This document shows positions 28,307 to 37,431 of a stretch of DNA of 64,000 bases, piece after piece. Every line of letters begins with the position of its first letter. Position 1 is the first letter of the stretch. The DNA is from Candidatus Lustribacter sp. (lineage in GTDB: Bacteria > Vulcanimicrobiota > Vulcanimicrobiia > Vulcanimicrobiales > Vulcanimicrobiaceae). The notes under the pieces were generated by a model. That model did no database searches and was not told where the DNA came from. It saw only the letters and a list, made by a program, of their open reading frames with translations. A program made the position numbers and the translations under genes. The stretch covers positions 4,320,001-4,384,000 of the forward strand of contig OZ255842.1 in assembly GCA_965277805.1 (NCBI GenBank), read 5' to 3'.

Positions 28307-28982
28307 GAAAGTAGTAGCCTCGCTCGTCGTCGTGCAGGATGCGCCCGTTTTCGAGCCGGACGACGCGACGCCGCATCCGGTCGACGACCGCTTGATTGTG
28401 GGTCGCGACCAGCACGGTCGTGCCTTTGAGATTGATGCGCTGCAGCAGCTCGATGATCTCGGTCGTGTTGGACGGATCGAGATTGCCGGTCGGTTCGTCG
28501 CAGAGCAAGATCTTGGGGTTGTTCACCAGCGCGCGGGCGATTGCGGCCCGCTGCTGTTCGCCGCCCGAGAGTTCGCTCGGCAACATCCGGCTCTTGTGCG
28601 AGAGGCCGACGAGGTCGAGGACGCGCGGAACTTGCCGCATCACGTCCTTCGATCGGGCACCCGTCACTTGCAGCGCGAAGGCCACATTTTCCCAGACCGT
28701 CTTGTGCGAGAGCAGCTTGAAGTCTTGGAACACGACGCCGATGTTGCGCCGCAGCGCGGCGACTTTGCCGCGGCGCAGTTTGTCGACGCGGATGCCGTCG
28801 ACTATGACCTCGCCCGAATCCGGGATCGCTTCGCGGTACAGTAATTTCAGGAGACTGGATTTACCCGTCCCCGAATGACCGACGAGAAAGACGAAATCCG
28901 CCTTTCCGATCTCCAGATCGATGTCGTCCAGTGCGCGCGTACCGTTCGGATAGGTCAGCGTCACACCGCGAAGTTCGATCAC
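28272..28982 (-). CDS. ftsE: Cell division ATP-binding protein FtsE
   Basis: GHSGTGKS, GVVFQDFKLL, LSGGEQQR, DEPTGNLDP. Confidence 0.96.
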   Translation of the reverse strand: MIELRGVTLTYPNGTRALDDIDLEIGKADFVFLVGHSGTGKSSLLKLLYREAIPDSGEVIVDGIRVDKLRRGKVAALRRNIGVVFQDFKLLSHKTVWENVAFALQVTGARSKDVMRQVPRVLDLVGLSHKSRMLPSELSGGEQQRAAIARALVNNPKILLCDEPTGNLDPSNTTEIIELLQRINLKGTTVLVATHNQAVVDRMRRRVVRLENGRILHDDERGYYFRGLGQSPVLSG

Positions 28983-29048
28983 GTGCTATCCACCTCGCAC
29001 CTAAGAAGAGGAGTTTTTCCGAACGCCATTCCTACATACCTGCGAAGA

Positions 29049-30197
29049 ATGAACTTCGACCTGAGCGACGAGCAAAAGGCGATACAAGCGCTGTGCCGTG
29101 ACTTCGCGCGCGAAGTCGTCGCGCCCGCTGCCGAAGAGCACGATCGCGAGGCGCGTTTCCCCTACGAAATCGTCGCCAAGATGGCCGAACTCGGACTGTT
29201 CGGGCTGCCGTTTCCGGAAGAGTACGGCGGGGCGGGCGCGGACACGATCAGCTACGCCTTAGCTGTGATGGAGCTGGCACGCGCCGACGCGTCCGTCGCG
29301 ATCACGCTCGGCGCGCACGTCTCGCTCGGCGCCTCGCCGTTCTATCTCTTCGGGACCGAGGCGCAGAAGCAGCAGTACCTGGTCCCGCTCGCGCGCGGGG
29401 AAAAGCTTTGGGGCTTCGGCCTGACCGAGCCCAACGCGGGTTCCGACGCCGGCGCCACGGAGACGAAGGCCGAACTGCGCGACGGACGCTGGATCATCAA
29501 CGGCACCAAGGCGTTCATCACGAATTCCGGCACCGACATCACCGGCGGCACGACGATCACGGCGGTGACGGGCACCGACGAACGCGGGCGCAGCGAGATC
29601 AGCAACCTGATCGTGCCCCAAGACACACCGGGCTTCACCCGCTCGAAGACGTACCGCAAGATGGGCTGGCGCGCGTCGGATACGCGCGAACTTTCTTTCG
29701 CCGACGCTGCCGTTCCCGAAGAGAACCTGCTCGGAAAACGGGGCGAGGGGCTCAAGCAATTCCTCACGATCCTCGACGGCGGGCGGATCTCGGTTGCCGC
29801 GCTCTCGGTCGGGCTCGCGATGGGCGCATTCGACGAAGCGTTCCGCTACGCGCAGGAGCGCCGGCAGTTCGGTCAGGCGATCGCGAAGTTCCAAGCGATC
29901 CGTTTCAAGCTGGCCGACATGAAGATGGAGATCGAACACGCGCAGCTGATGATTCTCAAGGCGGCGTGGGAGAAAGATCAGGGGCGCGACTTCGCGCTCA
30001 ACGCAAGTTTGGCCAAGCTCTATGCCGGCGAACTCTCCCGCCGGGTCGTGAACGAGGCGGTGCAAATTCACGGCGGCTACGGCTTCATGGATGAGTATCC
30101 GGTGTCGCGGATGTATCGCGATCAGAAGATCAACGAAATCGGCGAGGGAACGAACGAAGTCCAGCGCCTCGTCATCGCGCGCTTGATGGGATTGTGA
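29049..30197 (+). CDS. Acyl-CoA dehydrogenase
   Basis: MNFDLSDEQ start, GLTEPNAGSD, NGTKAFITN, RRQFG, QIHGGYG, IGEGTNEVQR. Confidence 0.95.
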   Translation: MNFDLSDEQKAIQALCRDFAREVVAPAAEEHDREARFPYEIVAKMAELGLFGLPFPEEYGGAGADTISYALAVMELARADASVAITLGAHVSLGASPFYLFGTEAQKQQYLVPLARGEKLWGFGLTEPNAGSDAGATETKAELRDGRWIINGTKAFITNSGTDITGGTTITAVTGTDERGRSEISNLIVPQDTPGFTRSKTYRKMGWRASDTRELSFADAAVPEENLLGKRGEGLKQFLTILDGGRISVAALSVGLAMGAFDEAFRYAQERRQFGQAIAKFQAIRFKLADMKMEIEHAQLMILKAAWEKDQGRDFALNASLAKLYAGELSRRVVNEAVQIHGGYGFMDEYPVSRMYRDQKINEIGEGTNEVQRLVIARLMGL

Positions 30198-31270
30198 ACA
30201 CCATGCAGGATCGTCGTACGTTTCTGGCCGGCGCCGCCGCTGCGGCTGCGGCGTTCGGCGCGGCACTGCCGGCCGGCGGAGCCGCGAGCGCGCCGCTGCG
30301 CCGCATCGACGTGCACCACCATTTCTTGCCGCCGCAGTACATGCAAGACGAGGCCAAGCGGTTCGGCGAGGAGCACGGCAATTCGGCCGAATCGCAGTGG
30401 TCGCCGCAAGGCGCAATCGACGCCTGCGATCGCGCCGGCGTCGACTTCGCGATCGCGTCGATCAGCACGCCGGGCGTCTGGTACGGCGACGTCGCGCTCG
30501 GCCGCAGACTCGCGCGGCAGTGGAACGAAGCGGCCGCGCAGACCGTGCGGGAGCATCCCACGCGCTTCGGTTTCTTCGCTCCGGTGCCGCTGCCCGATAC
30601 CGACGGCACGCTGGCCGAAATCGAATACGCGTACTCGACGCTGCACGCCGACGGCATCAACCTGCTCTCGAACTTCGGCGGCAAGTGGCTCGGCGATCCG
30701 TCGTTCGCGCCGGTGATGGAAGAGCTCAACCGCCGCAAGGCGCTCGTCTACGTGCACCCGACGTTCGCGCCGTGCTGCACGGCCAACATGGTGCCGGGCT
30801 TGATCGCGCCGACGTTGGAGTTTCCGTTCGACACCGCGCGGACGATCATCAGCTTGATCACCAGCGGCACGACGACGCGCTTTCCCGACATTCGCTTCAT
30901 CTTCTCGCACGGCGGCGGCGCGCTGTTCGGCGTGTATTCGCGCGTGATCGAACTCGGCAACACGCCGGCCTTCCGCGGCAAAGTTCCGGCCGGCGTCGCG
31001 GCCGAACTACGCAAACTCTATTACGACACGGCCGGTACCAGCGCGAAGACGACGATCCCGGCGCTGCTGAACGTCGTACCGCCATCGCAGCTGCTGCTCG
31101 GCAGCGACTATCCGCTCGCGGGTCCGCCGCCGACCAACGTGATGATCGAGCACGCCGTCGAAGACTTCGAAGCCTTGCATCCTTCGCCGGCGCTGAAGGC
31201 GCAGGTCGAACACGACAACGCCGTGGCCCTCGTGCCGCGGCTCGCGCAAATCCGGCGAGCATCGGCATGA
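30194..31270 (+). CDS. Amidohydrolase_2 (ACMSD/aromatic decarboxylase-like) with Tat signal peptide
   Basis: DRRTFLAG twin-arginine signal, IDVHHH, VYVHP, FIFSHGGG, YYDTA, LGSDYP. Confidence 0.88.
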   Translation: MNTMQDRRTFLAGAAAAAAAFGAALPAGGAASAPLRRIDVHHHFLPPQYMQDEAKRFGEEHGNSAESQWSPQGAIDACDRAGVDFAIASISTPGVWYGDVALGRRLARQWNEAAAQTVREHPTRFGFFAPVPLPDTDGTLAEIEYAYSTLHADGINLLSNFGGKWLGDPSFAPVMEELNRRKALVYVHPTFAPCCTANMVPGLIAPTLEFPFDTARTIISLITSGTTTRFPDIRFIFSHGGGALFGVYSRVIELGNTPAFRGKVPAGVAAELRKLYYDTAGTSAKTTIPALLNVVPPSQLLLGSDYPLAGPPPTNVMIEHAVEDFEALHPSPALKAQVEHDNAVALVPRLAQIRRASA

Positions 31271-31794
31271 AACCGTTTTTGGTTGCGATCCTGATGGCGC
31301 TCGGCATCGTCAGCGCGGCTCCGGCTCTCGCGCAGCTTCCGGTCGCCCGCACCGCGCCGGACTTCAGCGCGCAGGTCGCGCAAGGCGGCACGGTCTCAAC
31401 GTTTGCGCTGAAGGCGGCGCTCGCGCGCGGTCCGGTCGTGCTGTACTTCTTCCCCAAATCGTTCACCAGCGGCTGCACGGCCGAAGCGCACGACTTTGCC
31501 GATCACATCAACGACTACAAGAAGCTGGGCGCGACGGTGGTGGGCGTGTCGGGCGACTCGGTCGCAACGCAGGAGAAGTTTTCGACGCAGGAGTGCCGCT
31601 CGAAGTTTCTCGTGGCGGCCGATCCGGGGCTGAAGATCGCATCGTCGTACGATGCGAAAGTGCTCGGGCTCTTCGCCAACCGCACCTCATACGTCATCGC
31701 GCGCGACGGCAAGATCGCGTACGCCTACACGAGCCTCGACCCCGACAAGCACGTCGCGAACACGTTGGCCGCGCTGCGCGGACTCAGGCCGTAA
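31267..31794 (+). CDS. Peroxiredoxin (BCP/PrxQ-type) with signal peptide
   Basis: ATG overlaps the upstream stop; MKPFLVAILMALG signal; APDF, YFFPKSFTSGC (PxxxTxxC), RTSYVI. Confidence 0.9.
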   Translation: MKPFLVAILMALGIVSAAPALAQLPVARTAPDFSAQVAQGGTVSTFALKAALARGPVVLYFFPKSFTSGCTAEAHDFADHINDYKKLGATVVGVSGDSVATQEKFSTQECRSKFLVAADPGLKIASSYDAKVLGLFANRTSYVIARDGKIAYAYTSLDPDKHVANTLAALRGLRP

Positions 31795-34177
31795 CGAGGT
31801 CGATGCGCGTCGCGCCGATGCGTTCGGCGACCGCGGCGAGTTCGGGGCTCGCGGTGAAGAGAATCGTCTGCGCGTCGAACGCGTTGTACGCGATGATCGG
31901 GATGCAGCGCTCGATGCGCGTATCGTCCCAATAAGCGAACGGATCGTCGAGCAAGAGCGGCGGCAGCTCGAGGCCTTCAGCGAACATGCGCGCCATCGCG
32001 ATACGAATGATCAGGTAGACCTGATCGCGCGTGCCCGCCGAGAGCGATTCGAGGTCTTCGATCCGGCCCGTCTCCGGCACGCGCGCCTTCACGACGAAGC
32101 TCGTCGGGTCGACGCGGATCTCGCTGTAGCGGCCGCCGGTTACGCTGTGCAGCGCGTCCGCCGCATAGGTTTCCAAGCGCCGCGCGAAGGCTTGGTGCGC
32201 TTCGTGCGTCAGCCGCGAGACGGTCGAGCCGGCTAAGGCCAACGCGCGATCGAAGGTTTCGAGCTGGTCGAGCTCGGCGCGCAAGCGTTCGACGTCCTCT
32301 TCGAGCGGCGCGAGATCGGGGATCGCATTCTCACCGAGCTTGAGTTCCACCGTCAGCGTGGCGGTGGCAAGTTCGGCGTCGCGCATCAAGCGGTCGAGCT
32401 CGGCGATGCGGGCGTGGACCTCGTCGCGCAATGCGCGGCCGTAGGTTTCGGCCGGGACGATGCCGGCGGCGGCGAGCGCATCGCGTTCGCTGACCAGCGC
32501 GAACTCGTCGTCGTCGCGTAAGATCTCGCTGCGCTGCAGGGCCAGCATCGCCATGCCGTTGTCGACGCCGTCGCGTTTGCGCCGCCGCTGCGCGCGGTCG
32601 CCGGCGATGGCCTGGCGTTCGGCGCGCGTCCCGGGCGCGTCGGGAATCAGCTCCGCGGCGATATTGTCGAAGAGTGCGGCCGCACGCCGTTCTTCGGCGC
32701 GCAGCTCGGCGGCGCGTTCGGTCGCGCGCTCGGCGCCGGCGCGCATGCGCAGCAGTTCCGCCAGCCGGTCGCGCCGGTGCGCGAGATCCTCGATGCTCGC
32801 AACGCCGAGCCGGTCGAGCACGGCAGCGACGGTGGCGCTGGCGTTGCGTTCGGCCGTGAGCGATTCGTCGGCGATGCGCTGCTTCTGCGCGGCGGCCCGG
32901 GCGTTGCGGATGCGTTCGCGGCTGCGCCAGCCGACGACCGCGAACGCGACCGCGGCAACCGCGGCGAAGACTTCGGTGAACGACCACCAATGGGCGATCG
33001 CCATGGCGACCGCGAGCACGCCGAACACCGCGCCGATCGCGAGCGCGACGCCGGCCAGCGTGCGGCCGCCGCTGCCTTCGCGCCGGGCCGCCGCCGCTTC
33101 GTTCGCGGCCGCGGCCGCCGCGATGCGCGCCGCCGTGGCCGCATCGGCGGCATCGTGCAGCGCCTGGAACTCCACATCATCGATCGTGCCGGCGTCGGCG
33201 CGCCGTGCCGCGAGTTCGCTTCGTTCGACCAGCGTGAGCGCGCGCAGCTCGGCATCGCTCTCGGCCGAGGCCGCCGCGTTCTCGCTCGCGCGCCAGGCAT
33301 AGAAGGCGGCATCGAGTTCGCCGACGCGGTCGGCCGGGAAGCCGGCGACGTCGTCGTATTGCGCGCGCTCCGATTGGAGCGCGGCCAGGTCATCGCGATA
33401 GACGCGCAATTGTTCGAGCCGCGAACGCAGCTCCGCCGCGTGCAGCGCTTTGAGTTCGCGTTCCGCGCCGGCGCGCCGCTCCGCCAGGCGATCGCGCTCG
33501 GCCACGTTGGCCGCGCGGCGTTCGCGCAATGCGGCCAGCGCGTCGCGGCGATTGCGCGCGCCCTCGGCTTCGGCCGTGCGCCGGGCGAGCGCGTCGCGCA
33601 GCGTTTTCAGCGGGTTGTTCACGGTCGAACGCGGCGTCCCGATGTGCGTTTTACGCGCGTCCTCGAGCCGCTTCACGGCACCGAGCGCGGCGTCTTCCTT
33701 CGGTCCGCCGTCGAGCGCGCGCGCGAGCGCGGTCGCGATCGGCGCGTTGCGCTCGGCTTCGATCCCGACACCTCGCTGCAACACGCACGAGGCGTTGATG
33801 AAGGCATCGTACGGAATCTTCAAGTGCACGTCGCCGGGCGAGATCGTCCGTCCCATCGCAACGTCGCCGGCGATGTCGTTGCCGTCGCGATCGTAGACGT
33901 GCACGCCCTTGCCGTCGCGCGCGTAGTCGCGCTGCACCTCGAACTCGCGCCCGTCGGTCAGCTCGTAGAACAGCGTCGTCGCGTAGGTTCCGCCGTCCCA
34001 CGGCCGCCACGCCTCTTTGCGCCGCCCGCTGCCGTAGAGCGAGGCGACGATCGCCGCTGCGACCGTCGACTTGCCGGCCTCGTTCGGGCCGTAGACCACG
34101 TTGAGCCCGTCGGTGAAGGCGAACGTGCGGCCGGCAAGCCGTCCGAAGCCCGCGACCGTCAAGCGGCGCAGCTTCAC
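31784..34177 (-). CDS. YhaN-like (Rad50/SbcC-type) coiled-coil ATPase with central TM segments
   Basis: Walker A GPNEAGKST, signature LSAGTRDQ, Walker B LLLDDPF; hydrophobic hairpin in the middle of the coil. Confidence 0.85.
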   Translation of the reverse strand: MKLRRLTVAGFGRLAGRTFAFTDGLNVVYGPNEAGKSTVAAAIVASLYGSGRRKEAWRPWDGGTYATTLFYELTDGREFEVQRDYARDGKGVHVYDRDGNDIAGDVAMGRTISPGDVHLKIPYDAFINASCVLQRGVGIEAERNAPIATALARALDGGPKEDAALGAVKRLEDARKTHIGTPRSTVNNPLKTLRDALARRTAEAEGARNRRDALAALRERRAANVAERDRLAERRAGAERELKALHAAELRSRLEQLRVYRDDLAALQSERAQYDDVAGFPADRVGELDAAFYAWRASENAAASAESDAELRALTLVERSELAARRADAGTIDDVEFQALHDAADAATAARIAAAAAANEAAAARREGSGGRTLAGVALAIGAVFGVLAVAMAIAHWWSFTEVFAAVAAVAFAVVGWRSRERIRNARAAAQKQRIADESLTAERNASATVAAVLDRLGVASIEDLAHRRDRLAELLRMRAGAERATERAAELRAEERRAAALFDNIAAELIPDAPGTRAERQAIAGDRAQRRRKRDGVDNGMAMLALQRSEILRDDDEFALVSERDALAAAGIVPAETYGRALRDEVHARIAELDRLMRDAELATATLTVELKLGENAIPDLAPLEEDVERLRAELDQLETFDRALALAGSTVSRLTHEAHQAFARRLETYAADALHSVTGGRYSEIRVDPTSFVVKARVPETGRIEDLESLSAGTRDQVYLIIRIAMARMFAEGLELPPLLLDDPFAYWDDTRIERCIPIIAYNAFDAQTILFTASPELAAVAERIGATRIDLVTA

Positions 34178-35271
34178 GGTGCGATCTCGATGCCGTCGAA
34201 CGCCGCGACCACGAGCGCGAGTGCGCGGCGCGCATCGTCGTCGCCGCCGTCGGCTGCGGCGAGCAGTTCCGCGACCGCGCGGCCGCGCACGTTCGACTCG
34301 TGCGCGATGGCGGGGTAGTCGGCGATGACGCTGCGGTCGATGAGGTCGAGCCCGCCCAGGTGCGCGCCGGTGCGTTCCGCGAGCAACGCGCGGTCGACGC
34401 GCGTGCCCGGCTGCACCATGCCGCGCAGCGTCGCGCGGACGTAGTCGTCCTTGCCGAGCGTTTCGAACGCGCGTTCGCAGGTCACCATTACCGTGCGCTC
34501 GTCGGCCGCATCTTCGATCGGAATCACGATGTCGAGCAGACGCGTGCGCGCGATCGGCACGCTTTCGATCGCGATCGACGCATCGCCGTGCACGGTGACG
34601 ACGAGCGCGCCGTGGTCGCCGCGCTCGCCGAACTTCACCGGTTCGGGCGACCCGGGGTAGGCGAAGACGGGACCCGCAACGTCGCTGACGATCGAGCCGC
34701 CGTGATAATGACCCGTCAACGTGAGCGTCGTGCCGGCGGCGCGAATTTCGGCCGCGGTGAACGGCGCGGTCGCGCGCTTCCCGGGCGGACAGCGTTCTTC
34801 ATCGCTGCCGTGCACGAGCGCGATGCGCACGCCGCTGCGATCGAACGACGCGCCGGCGAACGGGCGGCCGGGCTCGGCCGGCGTGTGGCCGTAGCCGTAG
34901 AGCGTCACGTCGTGCGCGAGCGGCACCGCGGCCCACGATGCGTCGGCGAATACGCGCACGTTGGGCGGCAGATCGTCGCGCGCGTAGAGCGAGCGCGCGG
35001 CGAACGGATCGTGATTCCCCGGCGCAACGAACACTGGTTTGCCGAATCGCGCGAAGGCGGCGAAGAGAAAACGCGCGGTTGCGGGGCCCGCGCGTTCGCT
35101 TTCGTAGAGATCGCCGCCGATGGTCAAGACGTCGGCGTTGCGCTCGAGCGCGAGGTCGACGATTCGCTCGAACGCATCGGCGAGGGCGGCGCGGCGGGCA
35201 CCGCCGCCGCGCACGTCGGGGAAGACTGTTTCGAGATGCACGTCCGCGGCGTGAACGATCGTCGTCGCCAT
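34174..35271 (-). CDS. YhaO-like (Mre11/SbcD-type) metallophosphoesterase nuclease
   Basis: HAADVHL, GGDLYE, PGNHDP, HGS, GHYH, YPGSPE. Confidence 0.9.
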   Translation of the reverse strand: MATTIVHAADVHLETVFPDVRGGGARRAALADAFERIVDLALERNADVLTIGGDLYESERAGPATARFLFAAFARFGKPVFVAPGNHDPFAARSLYARDDLPPNVRVFADASWAAVPLAHDVTLYGYGHTPAEPGRPFAGASFDRSGVRIALVHGSDEERCPPGKRATAPFTAAEIRAAGTTLTLTGHYHGGSIVSDVAGPVFAYPGSPEPVKFGERGDHGALVVTVHGDASIAIESVPIARTRLLDIVIPIEDAADERTVMVTCERAFETLGKDDYVRATLRGMVQPGTRVDRALLAERTGAHLGGLDLIDRSVIADYPAIAHESNVRGRAVAELLAAADGGDDDARRALALVVAAFDGIEIAP

Positions 35272-35287
35272 CGCGGACTTCTTCGCG

Positions 35288-36154
35288 TTAGGTAGTGGTC
35301 AGATACTTCCCATACCATGCGGTCATCTTGGTAAAGGCGTCCGTCGCGTCGGGACCGTTGTAGCTCGCACGCGTGTCGTCGAGAAAACCGTGCTTGCCGT
35401 CAGCGTAGACCACCACCTCGTGTGGGCCGGCGATCTTCGCATACGCGGCCTGCACGTCGGGAATCGCGATGCTGGCGTCGAGCCCGGCATAGAAACCGAT
35501 CACCGCTGCGCTCACCTTCGGCGCCCAATCGAATGCACCGTCCGGCGGCGGTTCGGTCGTCTTGCGATCCGCGCGCACGTAGCCGTAGAGGATAGACGCG
35601 GCGTCGTAGTCTTTGTTCCCGACCATCGCTTGCAGCGCGATGCCGCCGCCCATGCAGTTGCCGTAGAGGCCGACCTTGCCGCGCGCCGACTTCGTGCGGA
35701 TCCACTCTTTGCCCGCGAGCAGGTCGCCCGTCATTTTGTTTCCGGCGTACAGCGCGGTAACGGCCGCGGCCATCACGCTGGTGTCGGCAACGCCGTCGCC
35801 ATTGGGCGGGTTCGCGCGGTCGAAGATGCCGGGCGCGATCGCGATGTAGCCGAGTTTGGCGAACCGGCGCGCGAGATCGCGATACTGTGCATCGACGCCC
35901 CAGATGTGGGCCGACATCACGATGCCCGGCGTCGTCGGCGTGATGTTCTTCGGCATCGCGACATACGCGCTGATCGTTGCGTCGGGCCGCGTGAGCGAGA
36001 TGTGTTGCGTCGTGATTGCCGGGTCGTTCTCCGGAACGATCGGCGGATGAGGGTGCCCGAAATCCGTGGACTGTGCGCCGGCGGGAACGGCTTGCGCGGC
36101 AGCGATTGCCGCAACGGATCCGCCCATAAACTTGCTGCGGTCGATCGTCGTCAT
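35288..36154 (-). CDS. Dienelactone hydrolase family protein with Tat-like leader
   Basis: Nucleophile motif GNCMGG, HIWGV, HGF; N-terminal IDRSKFMGG...AGA. Confidence 0.85.
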   Translation of the reverse strand: MTTIDRSKFMGGSVAAIAAAQAVPAGAQSTDFGHPHPPIVPENDPAITTQHISLTRPDATISAYVAMPKNITPTTPGIVMSAHIWGVDAQYRDLARRFAKLGYIAIAPGIFDRANPPNGDGVADTSVMAAAVTALYAGNKMTGDLLAGKEWIRTKSARGKVGLYGNCMGGGIALQAMVGNKDYDAASILYGYVRADRKTTEPPPDGAFDWAPKVSAAVIGFYAGLDASIAIPDVQAAYAKIAGPHEVVVYADGKHGFLDDTRASYNGPDATDAFTKMTAWYGKYLTTT

Positions 36155-36214
36155 GGAGAAGCTCCTATTCACGTGATCAGGGGAGTTGTGGTAATCGGCA
36201 CCAAACGTCCTCGG

Positions 36215-36868
36215 ATGCGTATCACGAACAGCGTCCCTTTCCTGCGTGCCGCCGCCGTAGCAGCTGCCGTTGTTGCGGTGGTACTCGGTCAATGCGGAAC
36301 GGCACGTGCCGACATCGTCGACGAGTGGAGCACGATCAAACCGCCGGCAGCAGCGCCCGAACTCAAGCCGGTTGCGCTGGACGCAAAGACCACCGCGCTC
36401 TTGATGCTCGACTTCTTACCGCCGAACTGCGGCGCCTCGCCCCGCTGCATCGCCTCGCTTTTGAAGGTTCGTCCGCTGCTCGATGCGGCGCGCGCGGCAA
36501 AAGCACTTATCGTTTATTCAGAATTTCCACCCGTACCGATGACGTCGATCTTGGCGCAGGTCACGCCGCTGGGCGGCGAACCGAACGTCGTCGCGCTCGC
36601 CGACAAGTTCATCAACACGAACCTCGATCAGATCCTCAAGGATAAGGGGATCAAGACCGTGATCGTGGTCGGCGCAGCGGCCAACGGCGCCGTGCTCTAT
36701 ACGGGCAGCGACGCCGCGATGCGCGGTTACAAGGTCATCGTGCCGGTCGACGGCATGTCCGGAAATTCACCCTACGCGGAAGCCTACACGGCGACGCAGA
36801 TGGCCACCGGACCGACGGTCGGACAAAACGTGACGCTCACGCGGAGCGGGATGGTGACGTTCCAGTAA
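36215..36868 (+). CDS. Isochorismatase-fold protein with signal peptide
   Basis: TALLMLDF, LDQILKDKGIKTVIVVG, RGYKVIVPVDG; hydrophobic N-terminus ending in ARA. Confidence 0.82.
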   Translation: MRITNSVPFLRAAAVAAAVVAVVLGQCGTARADIVDEWSTIKPPAAAPELKPVALDAKTTALLMLDFLPPNCGASPRCIASLLKVRPLLDAARAAKALIVYSEFPPVPMTSILAQVTPLGGEPNVVALADKFINTNLDQILKDKGIKTVIVVGAAANGAVLYTGSDAAMRGYKVIVPVDGMSGNSPYAEAYTATQMATGPTVGQNVTLTRSGMVTFQ

Positions 36869-36893
36869 CATCCCGCCCGGTGAACGCGTTCTT

Positions 36894-37322
36894 CTATTGG
36901 TAGAGCTGGCCGCAGGCGACGGGCTTCCCGCCCGGCGTGTTGTTGCTGTACACGACCACGACGTAGTTGCCGGAGAGCAGCCGGTCTTGCGTCATGTGGA
37001 CGACGCCGCGCGAGATGCCGTGCACCAGATCGGCGCTGCGGGCGATGATGCCGGGCGAGATCGTATCGCATGACCTGCCGCGCTGCACGGCGACGGTCTG
37101 CACGCGGCCGGGGCGCGTGCCCTCGAGCGAAGTGACGAGGCGGGTCGATGCGCCGGCCTTGAACAGCGTGACGAACCCGGTTTGGCCCGAGTTGTTGAGT
37201 TCCATCACCCCGCGCTGCAGACCGGCCCCGAAAGGCACGCCGCCGGGCGGCGCTTGAGCGAAGGCCGGCGCGGCCGATAGCAGCAGCGCAGCCGAAATTA
37301 GACCGAAAATCGATTTCATCAT
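36894..37322 (-). CDS. Small secreted protein, CHRD/Sod_Cu-like beta fold (tentative)
   Basis: Signal peptide ending [31 protein letters not shown] upstream. Confidence 0.6.
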   Translation of the reverse strand: MMKSIFGLISAALLLSAAPAFAQAPPGGVPFGAGLQRGVMELNNSGQTGFVTLFKAGASTRLVTSLEGTRPGRVQTVAVQRGRSCDTISPGIIARSADLVHGISRGVVHMTQDRLLSGNYVVVVYSNNTPGGKPVACGQLYQ

Positions 37323-37431
37323 AAGAGCATCCCCCTCCAACAGCGGATGCGGACCTGTTTGGCGCGCGCGGTACCGTGCCTCCCGGCCCGCCCGGAGGCC
37401 CCTGACGGCCTTCCTGGGAAGGCGTTTGGCC

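Noticed and set aside
36882-36891. Second SOS box (GAAC-GC-GTTC)
   Set aside because: The spacer is 2 rather than 4 nt, and the site lies between convergent 3' ends, not in a promoter.
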